Assembly: GCA_028534125.1 (NCBI GenBank)
Contig: CM052816.1
Coordinates: forward strand, 33,234,001-33,298,000
Direction: 5' to 3'
Length of the DNA: 64,000 nucleotides
DNA from: Lama glama
Lineage: Eukaryota
Shown piece after piece: positions 13,780 to 26,420 of the stretch. Numbering within the stretch: the first letter of the stretch is position 1; every line of letters starts with the position of its first letter. The translations under genes and the position numbers were made by a program. The notes beneath the pieces were generated by a model. That model was not told where the DNA came from. It saw only the letters and a program-made list of their open reading frames with translations, and searched no databases.

Positions 13780-15095
13780 CCCCTAAATGGGATCATGCTG
13801 AACATGTTGTAACCCGTGTATTCATGTAGCAAAAAAAAATCATAAACATCTTTCCATGATAAGTCAGGCTCTGCATATTTTTAATACTAACAAGGTATCT
13901 ATTGTATAGATAAGCATAATATGTTTTAAAGTTTATTTAATTGGTTGTTTCCACCATTTTTCTCTTTTAAAAGGCTGTGATAAACATCTCTGAGCACTTG
14001 TCTGATTAATCCCTTAGGTTTACGGTGAAATTTCTAGAGGTGGAAATCCTGGATCCAAAAAAAAAATGCTTAGTGAGGACTTTCACTCACATGCAACAGC
14101 CCTACAGAAAGGTTAAATCAATCTTACTTTTACCAACATGTAAGTCTTCCTTTTTTTTCACACCTATACCAACACTGGGTATTCTCATATTTAAAAATAC
14201 TTTCCAAAACAACAGGAAAAAACAGTATCTTGGTTTTTCATCCATTACAGTTGATAAAGATCAAATTTTTTATACCACTTTTGGTATACACTCTTAGTGT
14301 AAGTGTAAATTGCTACAATCTCCAAGGAGAAAGTTTGGCAATATCTATAAAATTGAATATACATATACTCCTGACCTAGCAATTCCACTCTTAGGGAATT
14401 ACTACACTGATACATTCTCATATATGTCAAATGACTTACATACAACAATTTTATTGCAGCATTATTTTATAAAGGCAAATGATGGGAAATAATTGAAATA
14501 AATGTCAATAGAGGACTAGCAAAATGAACTGTGGCACATCTACATAATGAAGTACTATGCAACTGCTAAAAAGAATAAGGTCCCAACTTTTCTGTATGCT
14601 TGAAAATTTTGACTTAAAAAATATTAAGGGGATAAAGAACAGGGCAGTTACACATGTATCCACATGGAAGAATCTGCAAGAATAAACGTTATGTGAAAAA
14701 AGCAAGGTATAGAACATTGCGTGTAATATTATCTATGTATGTATTTTATATATAGACACACATATCCATGTATGTGTGTATATGTATACACATACCGATG
14801 TTCATGGCCACCCATTAAAGGAGTCCACAGAAAACTGGTAATGGTAGTTGCCTTTGAGGAGGAGCATGGAGTGGCCAGAGAAGAGCATGGGAGGGGAGAA
14901 ATATCCTTTTCATTGTATATAATTCTGTATTTTGGAATCTTGTACCATGTGCACATGTTACCTATTCAATAATAAATAGAGAAAACTTTTATTTTAATTT
15001 ATATTTTTCGACAATTAGAGGTTGAAGAGATTCTTATTTACCTATTGGTTATTTGTATTTCTTATCCTGTGAATTGCCTTTTCATGCTCTTACCT
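13780..15095 (-). mobile_element. Old L1 3' region, interrupted by an oppositely oriented L1
   Basis: Antisense L1 motifs at 13780-14250 resume at ~15010-15095 (ttatttgtatttcttatcctgtgaattgcc). Confidence 0.6.
14275..14985 (+). mobile_element. Old L1 (L1MC/ME-like) 3' end
   Basis: Translates as ...IEYTYTPDLAIPLLG (L1 ORF2 C-terminal motif), followed by 3'UTR and aataaa. Confidence 0.75.
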
Positions 15096-16285
15096 AAGAC
15101 ATACCTTTCTAAAAACTCCTATAATAGTTCTAAAATCCATAAGCATTTTGGGCAAACCTTTTCAGGAAGCAGAGCTGCTGGTTACTGTGCTGCCAGTGGC
15201 TACACTTTCATTCAGGAAATGCTGCTACAGCTTACACCATAGTTGCCTAAGCGAATCACCAACTTCCCTTGGCACCAGTGCAGCAGGGTAGGTCCACTGA
15301 GGCACAAAACAGTTTCTGCATTTGAAGAGCCATAGCCATGGTGAATCTTGGAGGGAAAGAATTTTCATCTTGGGGATCTAAAAGTCAAAAATCATTAGCA
15401 CGTATATTTCTATGTTTATGATGTCTATGTGTAAGGCAGAAAATGTCACAGTAAAGTGGTAACTAAAGTGAAACATCATACTAAAGTGAAAATAAGACAT
15501 GATCTTCCTAGTGCCATTTACAAAGGATAGTAGACTTAAATATCTTGAAGAACTGAGAAAGTAATAGCAACAATGCTTTTGTGGTCATACTTCCCCTTGT
15601 ATAATTTTTCAGGTACAGAATTTGAAACTACACGGTGGTTTTGCCTAAGGATTTCTTCTTTTTTTCTATTTGATACAGGTGTAGGTATGATCTCGGTTTT
15701 CAAACACAGTAGGACAAACTAAAATCAAAAAACCATATTTGAGTAGACATGGGTGAAACTTTCCAAGGAGTTGGAGCCCCCACAGAGCTGCGCCTTCCTA
15801 ATATTTGGTCAGCCTCCTGCTGTGCGAAATGTCTTCCCTGATTTAACCTTGGCCTGGCCAGGTGGAAAAGGAATTTAAGATGTCCACCTCAGAAGCATAC
15901 TGTAAGGATTAAATAAAACAATGTACGTCAAGCTCTGAGCACAGTGCCTCCCACAAGGAAAGCAGCTAAGAAGCTGTGAGGTCACCATCATCGTCATCCA
16001 GAAGATGAACACAGAATGTGGCCATTTATCAGAACCACGAATGAGTGTACATCCAGCAGTTCTAGAAATATGAGGGTCTTCAAATAAACATTTTCTGATA
16101 AGCTGCAGACAAACAAAACAAAACTCAGTGGTTTGCGTGCTACCTCGAGCGGCTCCTCATCTCTAGGTGGGGCGTACTGCTTCCCCTCCACTTCTCTCAC
16201 CGAACATCACAACTGGTGCCATCAACCAGAGAGAGAATCGAACGGCAAAGGACATTAGGGTGAGAGACCAGCAGACACGAATTCA

Positions 16286-16520
16286 TTGGAAAACAGTTGG
16301 GTGGCTCCCCAAAAAATTAAACACAAAATTACCATACAACCCAGCAATTCCACTCTGGGTAGATATCCAAGAGAACTTTGTGGGGGTGATGGAAATGTCC
16401 TGATAAAAGACAGTGGTGATGGTTGCGACAACATAGTGACTATATTAAAACCCACACACTTGTACAACTTAAAATGGCAAATTGTATGTTACGTAAATTA
16501 TATCTCAATTGAAAAAAGAA
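16286..16520 (+). mobile_element. L1MB/MC-like 3' fragment with internal deletion
   Basis: WKTVGWLPKKLNTKLPYNPAIPL joined directly to the terminal 3'UTR (gtgatggaaatgtcc...aaattatatctcaat). Confidence 0.75.
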
Positions 16521-17302
16521 TTCATTGTGCCAAAGATTATCCATATTTAAGAAGAATACTGTGATTCGGAAGAATGAATTTATGCTGTCCACAGAAGAAA
16601 AAAGCAGATGTAACAACAACAGGACCAAAAGTAAGTGAGACACAGACTGGGAACAGTTCAGATAAAGAAAAGGAACAAAGAGACCTGATAGGACTACTCG
16701 CCAAATCTCTGTTATGTGAAGATTATATCAAACAGTGCAGGAAAAACATTTCTGCCTTATCCTTTGAGCAACTTTATTAAGTCTATCAGTGTACTTCAAG
16801 GACTAACACTGCAAGCAAGGATGATCTTTGTGAAGCAAATTTTAATATATAAACCTGACAGCAATTCTATTTCCCTCAAAGACATTACACTAAAGGGTCC
16901 CCAAACCAGAGTTTGGGAGAAAAACTAAGAATCAGTATGACAGCAGGCCCAGGGGCACACCCTCCCCTACATACCAACATGCTTGTGACCATGAAGAGAA
17001 ATTATTCTGTTATTTTTAATCTCCAGTCTGTTAAGTATAGAAGCTTAGTTTTTCTAAGCTCCCAAATCCAAGATCATTTAGCTTAGTTGGGTCAGATTCT
17101 GTAATAAACACATTGCAAGGAAGGCCCAGGTTCTTCTTCAGTAACTTTGTCTACCAGTCTTGACTTCATTTTCTTCTTTATTTCTGCTTAATAAACATCC
17201 AAGTAACTAATGCCTATCTTTGGATCTACCTATTGACTCTTTCCCATTGCCTTTGTCAGTTAACTTTTATTTTTACTCAATTTGACAGAATTTTTTAGGC
17301 TA

Positions 17303-17704
17303 CAGGGGTATGTTGGTGAATGTTTAGCCATGGGCTCTCTAAGGTGGGGAAAGGCCAGATTTGGAGCATCTGCTGATTTATGGTATAAATACTTTGGCCA
17401 CTGCTGATTTTCAATGATCACTGTCATATCACTGACTGTGAATTGGGAGAAATGTGCAGTAGGACACCATGATACAGTTTTTCCATCAGAGAGATCCAAG
17501 AGACATAAATAACCTCCAGAATATAGATAATAGTAAATAATTAGGAAGCGATGAGTTTTGAGTATTTATTACCACTGTTGTTAATATAATTTATTTAATT
17601 GTAAACTTCTGTGATTTCATTTTTAACAGTGGCCTCACAAAATTCCTGAAAAATCATCAATTGGCTTTGGTTAGCCAGTCTGAGTCAGATCCAGCACACC
17701 ACTG
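17303..17704 (+). mobile_element. MER63B-like hAT-Blackjack element
   Basis: TIRs caggggtatgttgg / ccagcacaccactg; internal aataattaggaagcgatgagttttgagtatttattacc. Confidence 0.8.
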
Positions 17705-18054
17705 GTTATAGGATACACAAAAACCTATACATTACTACCAGTATGTAGTGACAAGGCCAGGCACAGCCCAGCTTGTTGCAGAGGACCTGGACCACCTGAG
17801 GAGTGCTGGGGTCTGCACCTGGATGAGCACAGTGGAGTGTGTGAGGATGGAAAAGGCAGACTGAGCTACAAAAGTCTGACATGTCATGGTGGACAAGTAG
17901 CATCAGTGGGTCCTATAGAAAATAACTAAGGTGAGTGACAGAGACTTCCAGTTGAATGTGGTGGATTTAATATGCTTATTTATCTTACTTGTTTCCCTTC
18001 AGTCCTTCCTGATGCCACTCTAAAGAGATACAGGAATAAAAAAGCATCAGACTA

Positions 18055-18693
18055 TGATCCATCTTCATTATTTGCAGGCTCTGTATTTGTGACCTTGCCT
18101 ACTCTCTAAAACTTGTTTCTGAACCCAAAAGCTATGCTCATGGTGCTTTCCAGTCACTTGTGGACATGCTCAAAGAGGTGAAAACTCTAAGTCTCCTGAT
18201 GCTTATGTTTTCACCTGAGATTGAACAAGGAAACCCTCTGCCTTCTTATTTCAGCTCTCACACTGTAAACAAGTGTCCCTTTCATTGTCTATTTAGTGAC
18301 GCTTATTTTTTTTAAGTTTCATGCTTCTTGTTGGTGATTTTGCTGCTTAAAAGGACCCTCAAGCATACCACTGACGTGCTGTCTAGTGTCCCTAAGCACA
18401 AGAAGGCTGTGATGTACCCACGGAGAAAATGGGTGTGCTGGGTAAGCTTCATGCAGGCATGAGTTATCATGCCTTTGGCCATAAGTTCAATGTTAAGTCA
18501 TCAAAAATATATATTAAATAAGATGTCTGTAAACAGAAATATACATAACACGAGATTATGATTGATTAGTGGATAAGTTTTGCAGGTACCTAACCCTGTA
18601 TTTCCCTGTGGAGCAATGGTTCAGTATTTATTAATTCTGCTTTTGGAGTGACTTTTATAGAATATAATTATCACAAATAATGAGAATTGATTG
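18055..18693 (+). mobile_element. MER82-like TcMar-Tigger element
   Basis: Long internal match (ctctgccttcttatttcagctctcacactgtaaacaagtgtcc; cacaagaaggctgtgatg); TA on both flanks (18053-54, 18694-95). Confidence 0.85.
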
Positions 18694-20074
18694 TATAATG
18701 ACAAAAGATTAGAATTTAACTTCAAAAGTTACAAGACAGATAGGAGAGTGGATTCAGCCTACAAGAGAAAGCCAGGGTGAGGCAACACCTTGGACAGGCT
18801 CAGAAACAAGACAGCCAGGGAGTGTAAGGAAAGCTCCAAACAGGTGGCTTCATTGAAGGTGTGGGCAAGAAGCTGTGAGATCTCTATTTCCCATCCCCAG
18901 TGCAGCACAACTGAGTCCTTCCAACCCACACAGAAAACTAGAGGTTTATTTTCAACAGAAGTTGATCCCAAATTGATTATAGATTCAGTGCCACCACTCA
19001 GAGGGTAAGGATGCTGTCCTGAAATTGGGGACTTAAGTGGAAGTCCACATTTTGAACGAGAAGACCCTTGGCTCCTTTCCCCCTACTCAGCTCTGAGAAT
19101 CCTTGCTATTAGCTTGATACTGTCCAGGCAGGAGACTGAAGAATGTCCCTCGGGGGATACTGCCTGGGCCAAAAGTAAATATCTGTATATAACAGGCAGG
19201 GGAGGGAGGGATCATCCAATGAAACAGTCCTCTACCATTAGTTTATCCTATGGTGAAGCTCAGAGACCATAAAGTCCTCCTTTTCTAAATACACACACAC
19301 ACACACATACACACGCACGCATGCACAAAACTTCAAATTAACTTTGTTGTGCTTTACTCTTAAATGTGAGGACACAGCCAACAACAACTGGATATTTGAA
19401 GAGAGTACCTAACATAAAAGAGAGGGGGACTAAAACAAACAAATAAAAAAGAAAAAACAACTCAGAAGAAACAGACAAATAATGCTGGAACGTAAGAAAA
19501 ATTTCCCCAAAACTATTATGAGGCTCTGTATAGAGTTAATGTTGATACAATATTCAAGGGGCAAGGATAGTAAAATTTAAAAATGAATGTCCAGAGAATA
19601 GCAACATAAAAAACTCTTGGAAATTAAAGGCAGAAATTAAAATTTTTAATAAAAGAAATGAAAGGTAATTTTGAGAAAATTGTCCAGAGAATAGAACAGC
19701 AACACTAAGAACAAAAACCAAAGAACTGGAAATATGAGATACAGTAAAATTATTAGATAATTTTAGAGTATTTAATATCCAAGTTATAGGAGTCCCAGAA
19801 AGAATGACAGAGAGGATAGAGAGGAAGAAACTACCATAGATATAATTTCTAAAAATTTCCCAGAACTGAAGGATATGTTTCTATAAGAGAGAGTCCTTCA
19901 TAAGACCAGGATAATGGACTGAAAAAAAAGACCTAACCCATATTGAGACACAACAAAATGAAATTCTGGAACATTGGGCAAAGAGAATTCTAAAAGTTTT
20001 CAGAAGAGAAAAAGAGAAACAACACAAGGTCTCATACAAAGGACTGGGAATCATAATGGAATCTACTCAAAAAA

Positions 20075-20535
20075 ATTTTTTGTTGAAGTGTAGTTGATTT
20101 ACAATGTTAGTTTCAGGTGTACGACAATGTGATTCAGTTATACATATAAATACATACATATTTTCTTTTCAGATTCTTTTCCATTATACGTTACTACAAG
20201 AAATTGAATATAGTTCCTTTGCTATACAGTAGGTCCTTCTTGTTTATCTATTTTATATATAGTAATGTATGCTGTGTGTCTGTTAATTCCCAACCCCTAA
20301 TTAATCCCTCCCCGCCATTTCCCCTTTGGTAACCGTAGTTTGTTTTCTATGTCCATGAGTCAGTTTTTGGTTTGTAAATAGAATGTGCATCATTTCTTTT
20401 TTTTAGATTCCACTTATAAGTGGTATCGTGTAATATCTGTCTTCTCTTTCTGACTTCACTCAATATGATAATCTCTAGGTCCATCCATGTTGCTGCAAAT
20501 GGCATTATTTCATTCTTTTTTATGCCTAATGTTCC

Positions 20536-20580
<45 letters not shown>

Positions 20581-20822
20581 TCTTTATCCAGTCATCTGTT
20601 GATGGACATTTAGGTTGTTTCCATGTCTTAGCTATTGTAAACAGTGCTACTATGAACACTGGGATGCATGTGTCTTTTCGAATTATAGTTTTCTCTGGAT
20701 ATATGCCCAGGAGTGGGATTGCTGGATCATATGGTAAATCTATTTTTAGTTTTTTAAGGAATCTCCATACTGTTCTCCATAGTGGCTGCACCAATTTACA
20801 TTCCCACCAACAGTGTAGGAGG
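20075..20822 (-). mobile_element. Young 5'-truncated L1 (ORF2 C-terminus + 3'UTR)
   Basis: [42 protein letters not shown]; candidate TSD ggaatctact (20058) / ggaatctgct (20823). Confidence 0.92.
20539..20577. repeat. (AC)19 microsatellite
   Basis: Perfect dinucleotide run inside the L1. Confidence 0.95.
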
Positions 20823-23800
20823 GGAATCTGCTTCTTTTTATAACAAATCTGGGTGCTAGAAGATACTTGAACAGTCACTTCAAAATTCCTGGAAAAAATA
20901 ATTTCCAACGTCAAATTCTATGCCCAAACTACAAACTACCAATCAAATGAAACAGCAGAATTAAGACATTTACCAAAACATTTAGCTGTCATGTATGCTT
21001 TCTCGGGAATCTACTAGAGGAGGGGACCACCAAAAAGGAGCATTCAAAAGAAAGACAGAAACACGGTATATGGACTGCATATAATTAGTGATCAAGTAAA
21101 AGTGGTATTAGCAAGAAAGTTGATTTTTTTCTCTTATGTGACAAAAAATCTGAATAAAGATCTAACCAAAAATTATAATTAGGAGAATGGGTAAAGGAGA
21201 AGAAGGTGAGTGTTTGGGGAGGGACACTAAATCCACATGTTCCTTTGTAGAAAATCAATATATAATATTTATACTTGAAGTAAAATGGAAGAAATAGCAA
21301 TATAACTGAATTATAAGTTATGGAGGCAGATGAGAAGAAATAGGTAATGGTGTTATATGGAAAAGAATTAGAAGTAGGGAGGGGTGGACAGAACAGTGCT
21401 GTTTTTCATTATGAATCTCGAATATGTATCTGACATTTTAAACCATGTATCTCTGATCAAATGTGCGTGTGCGTGTGCGTGTGGTGGTGGGCTGGCAGGG
21501 GGAGGTCAGGCCAGGCATCTGGTGTCATGGGAGCTGGCAAGGCTCTGAAGCCCACAGCACCATTAAGTCTGTCAGCAGAGGGTGCAATCCCAGCCATTAG
21601 GCAGAAGCTCAAAGCTAGAATTTCCCCCCCTCGAGGGGAACAAAAAAGAACCAGGCAGGCCAGGTCCTCCAGGGACTGAAGGCTGGTAGGTTTCCAAGGC
21701 AGGGAGTCTGGCCCAGGAAACAGCGTAATATAGGGACTTGGGATCAGAACTGGGACACCATGCTGGAGCCCTGTATGGCAGTCACCGTAAGCAGACACTG
21801 GGGCCCATGGCACTTGGGGCTCACTCTGCCTCCATGTTGCCTGAGTTAAGCCCCAGGATCAGGCTGAGCTAGGAAGATGAGGGCAACAAGGGAAGCGAAA
21901 CCTGGGTGGCCTGACAAACACGAAGTCAACACCGGCTCCTAGATCTGAGAGCTGCAGGTTGTTCTCCTCCTTCAAAATGTCTTCTAGTCTCTGGCTGGAT
22001 GCCACGTGTAGCCCAACAAAAATCCACCCCAAAGACTAGTTAAATTATTAAAGCTCATCCATACAATGCAATAATATGCAGCCAATGGAACAAACATTGA
22101 AGGTTCCTAGGAAAGCTTTCTCTCTAGATATAGATGCCACAATCTCCTACTTCCTCTTTCCATCTCCCTCATGCCGGGAACATGGTATCTGGAAACGCAG
22201 CAACACCTGCATGAGCAGAGCATCTTGCAACCCTGCAGCAGCAGGCATTCTAAGGATGGCAGAACATAAAGATGAAAAAAAGAACAAGAAAAAGATTCAC
22301 TGAAGGCATTGTTGAGCCACTGACCCCAGAATTCTTGATGCTTAAAGTAACTAAGCACATGCTTAACGGATGTGCCTTCCCAGTAAGATGGGGACAGATT
22401 TGACTGGAAACTACAACTTCTAGCCTTTTAAAAAAAAAATTTCAGAATCTCAAAATTCACCTCTCTACAACCCCCTGAGAGTGGAAAATGAGTTAAATAT
22501 TCTCCCCTAGGATTCCTGTTTGGAGTAATTATCTCTCCACAAACAAAATCCACAAAACTCATCATCAAATAAAATTGCCTTGAGGACTCTCGGGAGCTCA
22601 AAGTGTACGTACTTAATCATATATTGCCTTATCATATCCTAGTTGGCATTTTTTTTCTCCCTCTGTTGTGCAGATGGGAAAATCGAGGGACGTGCCTTCC
22701 CCGAGTCCAAACAATTCATTAGGATAATGAATTACAAAGCACTTTATCATCCTGAAAAGTCTGCTAAAGATAATTTTGAGTATATCACATAAAGGGCATT
22801 TAATACCAGTTTAAAACTTCTTAGCCAATTTAAATGAACTGCTCACTTTGGAAAAGCTTTAATAAGAAGTTTGTGTCATTTTACTAAAATGCAATTAAAG
22901 CAATTAAAAACATTTCCCAAATGCTTATGTAGACCACTGCTGATACAAGCGCTGCTGTTCAGGGGTGACTGGAGAGCTCCCACTGATTTCTCTACATGGG
23001 AGAAACATACTGTTGACATCTTGTAAGAAAATCAAGTTATTCAATTTAATGGATCAGTACAGAAAACACTCCGTTTGCCAAGCAGAATATTTTGCTGTCT
23101 TTGTGTTTCCTCGGATCTAAATGCTGCTTTTAAACTAACACACACACATGGCATTTGATATGGCCTGCTTTATTCATTAAAACAAAGTGAAAATCATTAT
23201 GGAATCACTTTGAAAGGGAGTTTGGGCTTTCTTATTTAATTAATCCATTACACTTAACCTTGCACTATTTTATTCTCTGAAAGTCCTCTGGCCATTATTA
23301 ATACTTGACAAATTTGTTTTGCATTACTAAATTTAAGAACTTAGTGCCCAATATAATTCTCAGTAGGAATAATGTTATTAAATGAGTTCATTAAACCGAA
23401 CCACTCTAATTAGCAGTCAAGTGTTGAGGTACACCTATACAACAGTGGACCATCTTCCATATTCATAATGTCTCTGCTAATTCTAGTAAAAGAACATAAA
23501 CCTTCTCAGGGGAAAAAAAGTCCAGGAAGGTTACAGAAACTACATGTACCTCTGTGAAAATCAGTTCCTCCATAATAAATGTCCAGGCTTGCCTGAAACT
23601 GGCTCCTCATCACATCATTTGTCAGCAACTTTCAACTACGTGTACAACTGCTTCTAGCTCCTCCTTCCCTTATGCCTGTAATGACCTGACTGGAAATGTT
23701 GTGCATTTTAGATTTACGATTAATGCTAGTCTTAGCTGGTCTCAACCCAGCATTTTCACAGGGCTCTGACATGCAAAATCTTCAGCCTTTAGCACAAGGG

Positions 23801-23890
23801 CGATCTCTTAGCACAAGAAAACAGATGTAGAGGCATGTCAACAGATTTTAATGTATCACTAAAAGCTCCTTGGCTCTAGCCCTCATCCTG

Positions 23891-24323
23891 TGTAACAGCT
23901 GCGGCTGCAGTAATGTGGCACCAGAACCGCCTTAGGGACTGAAGCTGTGAGGAACATTATCTGCTGAAGGTGCATGGCTGAGTCCCTCTCTGGGAATTTC
24001 CCTCTAGGTAAGCGAGCCACCTTGTCCAAAGTTATGCCCCTTCCTCAGAGGCAACCAATGTCTAATAACTGGCTGACAAAGGAACTGGCTGACAAAGGCC
24101 AGGCTCTCTTTCCTCAACTCTTAGATATGCTGAGGGCCATCTTACTTCCAGAGCATCCCATAAGATCAGCTGAGACATCTCTTGTAAATGCATCACAGTT
24201 CCACATCTCCACCTACCTAATCCTGCTCTTTCACAGGTGTTGACCCCAAAGGTGCTCCCCACCAACCCTTCTGCACCCAAATCTCTATCTAAGTCTGTTT
24301 CCTGGGGAACCTGACCCAACACA
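23891..24323 (+). mobile_element. LTR16(C)-like ERVL solo LTR
   Basis: TG...CA ends; 3' end ctgcacccaaatctctatctaagtctgtttcctggggaacctgacccaacaca. Confidence 0.75.
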
Positions 24324-24710
24324 TCCCCATTTGAAGAACCCAAACTCAAGAAAGGGATTTAAGGGGAACCCCATCTACATAGTTTAGCTTTCTGTAAGGA
24401 AGTAAATTAACTCGAACCAAACACAGTTGAACGTTCTAGATTAAGGGTCCAAGTCTTCATGGTCCATAAGACATTAAATGAAATTTAGACCTCCCATTAG
24501 AATAACTGTCTTATCTTAAAATAACAAGATGGTATCAGGCTGAATTGCTTCCCAGTCTAGCTAATAACCTAGACCTATTAGGTAGTTATGTTGGGTCAGA
24601 ACTTACTATATCTCTGCTCACACTATTGCTAAGTATCCCACTATCCGTCAGCTCTCTTTCACTTATGCAATGGGGAAAAAAACTTAATGTATACTTTTTT
24701 GTGAGGGGGG

Positions 24711-25005
24711 TGCTGTGGACTGAATTGTGTCCCCCACAAAATTCATATGCTGAAGGCCTAATCCCCAAAGTCGATGAAAATGGGGACTTTAGGAGGTAAT
24801 TATGGTTAAATAATGTCATAAGGTGGGGCCCTAATCCTATAGGACTGTGACCTTCTAAGAGGAGGAAGAGAGGGACACCTCTCTAGGCCATGTGAGAGCA
24901 CGACCAGAGGGCGGCCATCTGTAACCAGGAAAAGCACTCTTGCCAGAAACCAAATTGGCTGGCACCTTGATTGCGGACTTCCTAGCCTCCAGAAGTGTGA
25001 GAAAG
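24711..25005 (+). mobile_element. MLT1A-like MaLR LTR, 3'-truncated
   Basis: tgctgtggactgaattgtgtccccccacaaaattcatatg...gacttcctagcctccagaagtgtgagaaa. Confidence 0.85.
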
Positions 25006-25039
25006 AAAGAAGCAGGTGCAGAGGTCAGCTGACTTGCTC

Positions 25040-25490
25040 TCATAGAGTGCAGCTGGGATGGAAGATTCAACAGCTGGAACTGAGGGTCCAGCGGCTGTAA
25101 ATGAGGGGGCGTGGGCTCTGGAGAGAAGCTTGGGCTACAGGAATCGGCATCAGAGATTGTGGTGCACAGTTGATATTTGAAATTATGGAGACGAAAGTGA
25201 ACACTCAAAGGAGCGGAGAGAGGAAAGAGGAAGAGGGACGGAGCCTGTGGAAAGCTCAAAAAAGCATCAGTCTGAGGAGGAAGAGGCAGAGGTGATGGAG
25301 GAGGATGAGGGGAGGTGAGTGGTCTCATGAGGTGGCCAGGCTTTGGCAGAGTAGAAAGTGCAAACCTCTGCTGAGGGAGGGAGGAAGGGAGGACGCCTGA
25401 GATGGTGAACGGGTTGGGGAAAGCAATCCCAGGATTATGATGGAACCAAGAGGAGAGGAGGGGAAGCCTCACTGAGCAGTGGCGAGGGCT
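25040..25490 (-). mobile_element. L2 fragment
   Basis: Purine-rich antisense L2 pattern (gatatttgaaattatggaga...gagaggaaagaggaagaggg). Confidence 0.5.
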
Positions 25491-25504
25491 GAACCAAGTG
25501 AGCT

Positions 25505-25927
25505 GCATGGAGGGTGTTTGCTGGGGCTGCCATAACCAAGTACCACTCACTGAATGGTTTAAACACCAGAAATGTATTGTCTCTCAGTTCTGGAGGCTGG
25601 AGGCCCAGATCAGGCCTGGACCATGCTTCTTCTGAAGGCAGTAGGGAAAGATCTGTTCCCTCTTGGCTTCTGGTAGTTCACTGGCTTGTGGCAGCACAAC
25701 TCCCATCTTCACACAGCAGTCTCCCTGTGTGCCTGCCTGCATCCAAATTTCCCCTTTCCATAAGGACACCAGTCCCATTGAATTAGGTGCTCACCTGGCT
25801 CCAGTATGATCTCATCTTAAATCATTATATCTGTAACGACCCTATTTCCAAGTAAGGTCACATTCTGATGTATTGGAGTTTGGTATTTCAAAATATAAAC
25901 TTGGGGCATACAATTCAACTCAAAACA
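25505..25927 (-). mobile_element. MLT1B/C-like MaLR solo LTR
   Basis: gggctgccataaccaagtaccac...cagttctggaggctgga...gaccctatttccaagtaaggtcacattctga...caattcaactcaaaaca. Confidence 0.85.
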
Positions 25928-26074
25928 GAGGATGAAAGGCTTTCTGAGGCGCTAGGAAAAAGAAGGTGGAGGTGCTGTTGAAGGACACCTGGGCACTGAC
26001 TCTGAACCCTTCCCACCCACACCTACAATAAGCCACGAGGATGTGGGCCTTAAAGGGGTGCACCTTGAAGCAAC

Positions 26075-26420
26075 AGCTTAGTAGTTAAGAGCTTGGGCTC
26101 TGGACTTGGAGTGCCTGGGTTTTAAGCTCAATTTGGTTACTTGTTTACCATGTGACCAGAAGGAGGCAAATTACCCAAACTGACTTTTCCTCAATTTCCT
26201 AGTTATAAAATGGGAACAATAAGATCTATCCCATGGAATTATAAGAACTAAACACATTAATAAACAGCATACCTAATGAGGTTGGTACTATTATTTTTCT
26301 CACCTTATAGATAAAGAAACCAATGTTCATACAGGTTAGCTAACTTGCCCAAGATTGTTCATCGGGTAAAAGAGCCTACAGAAATCAAAAATTCATGCTC
26401 ATAATGATTATGTTTTATTG
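26075..26420. mobile_element. Two adjacent MIRs in opposite orientation
   Basis: gtagttaagagcttgggctctgga...cctcaatttcctagttataaaatggg, then caccttatagataaagaaac...taacttgcccaag. Confidence 0.65.

Larger units (their letters stand above)
17940..21455 (+). mobile_element. HAL1-like (ORF1-only L1 derivative) remnant with nested MER82 and young L1
   Basis: Degenerate ORF1 motifs (ataggagtcccagaa...aatttcccagaactgaagga; caaattctatgccca) lead to a HAL1-type tail (gctgtttttcattatga...ttttaaaccatgt) with no ORF2. Confidence 0.65.

Noticed and set aside
24855..25550. 231-aa minus-strand ORF
   Set aside because: Runs across MLT1, L2 and MLT1 remnants; low-complexity Pro/Ser/Leu content from pyrimidine-rich DNA.
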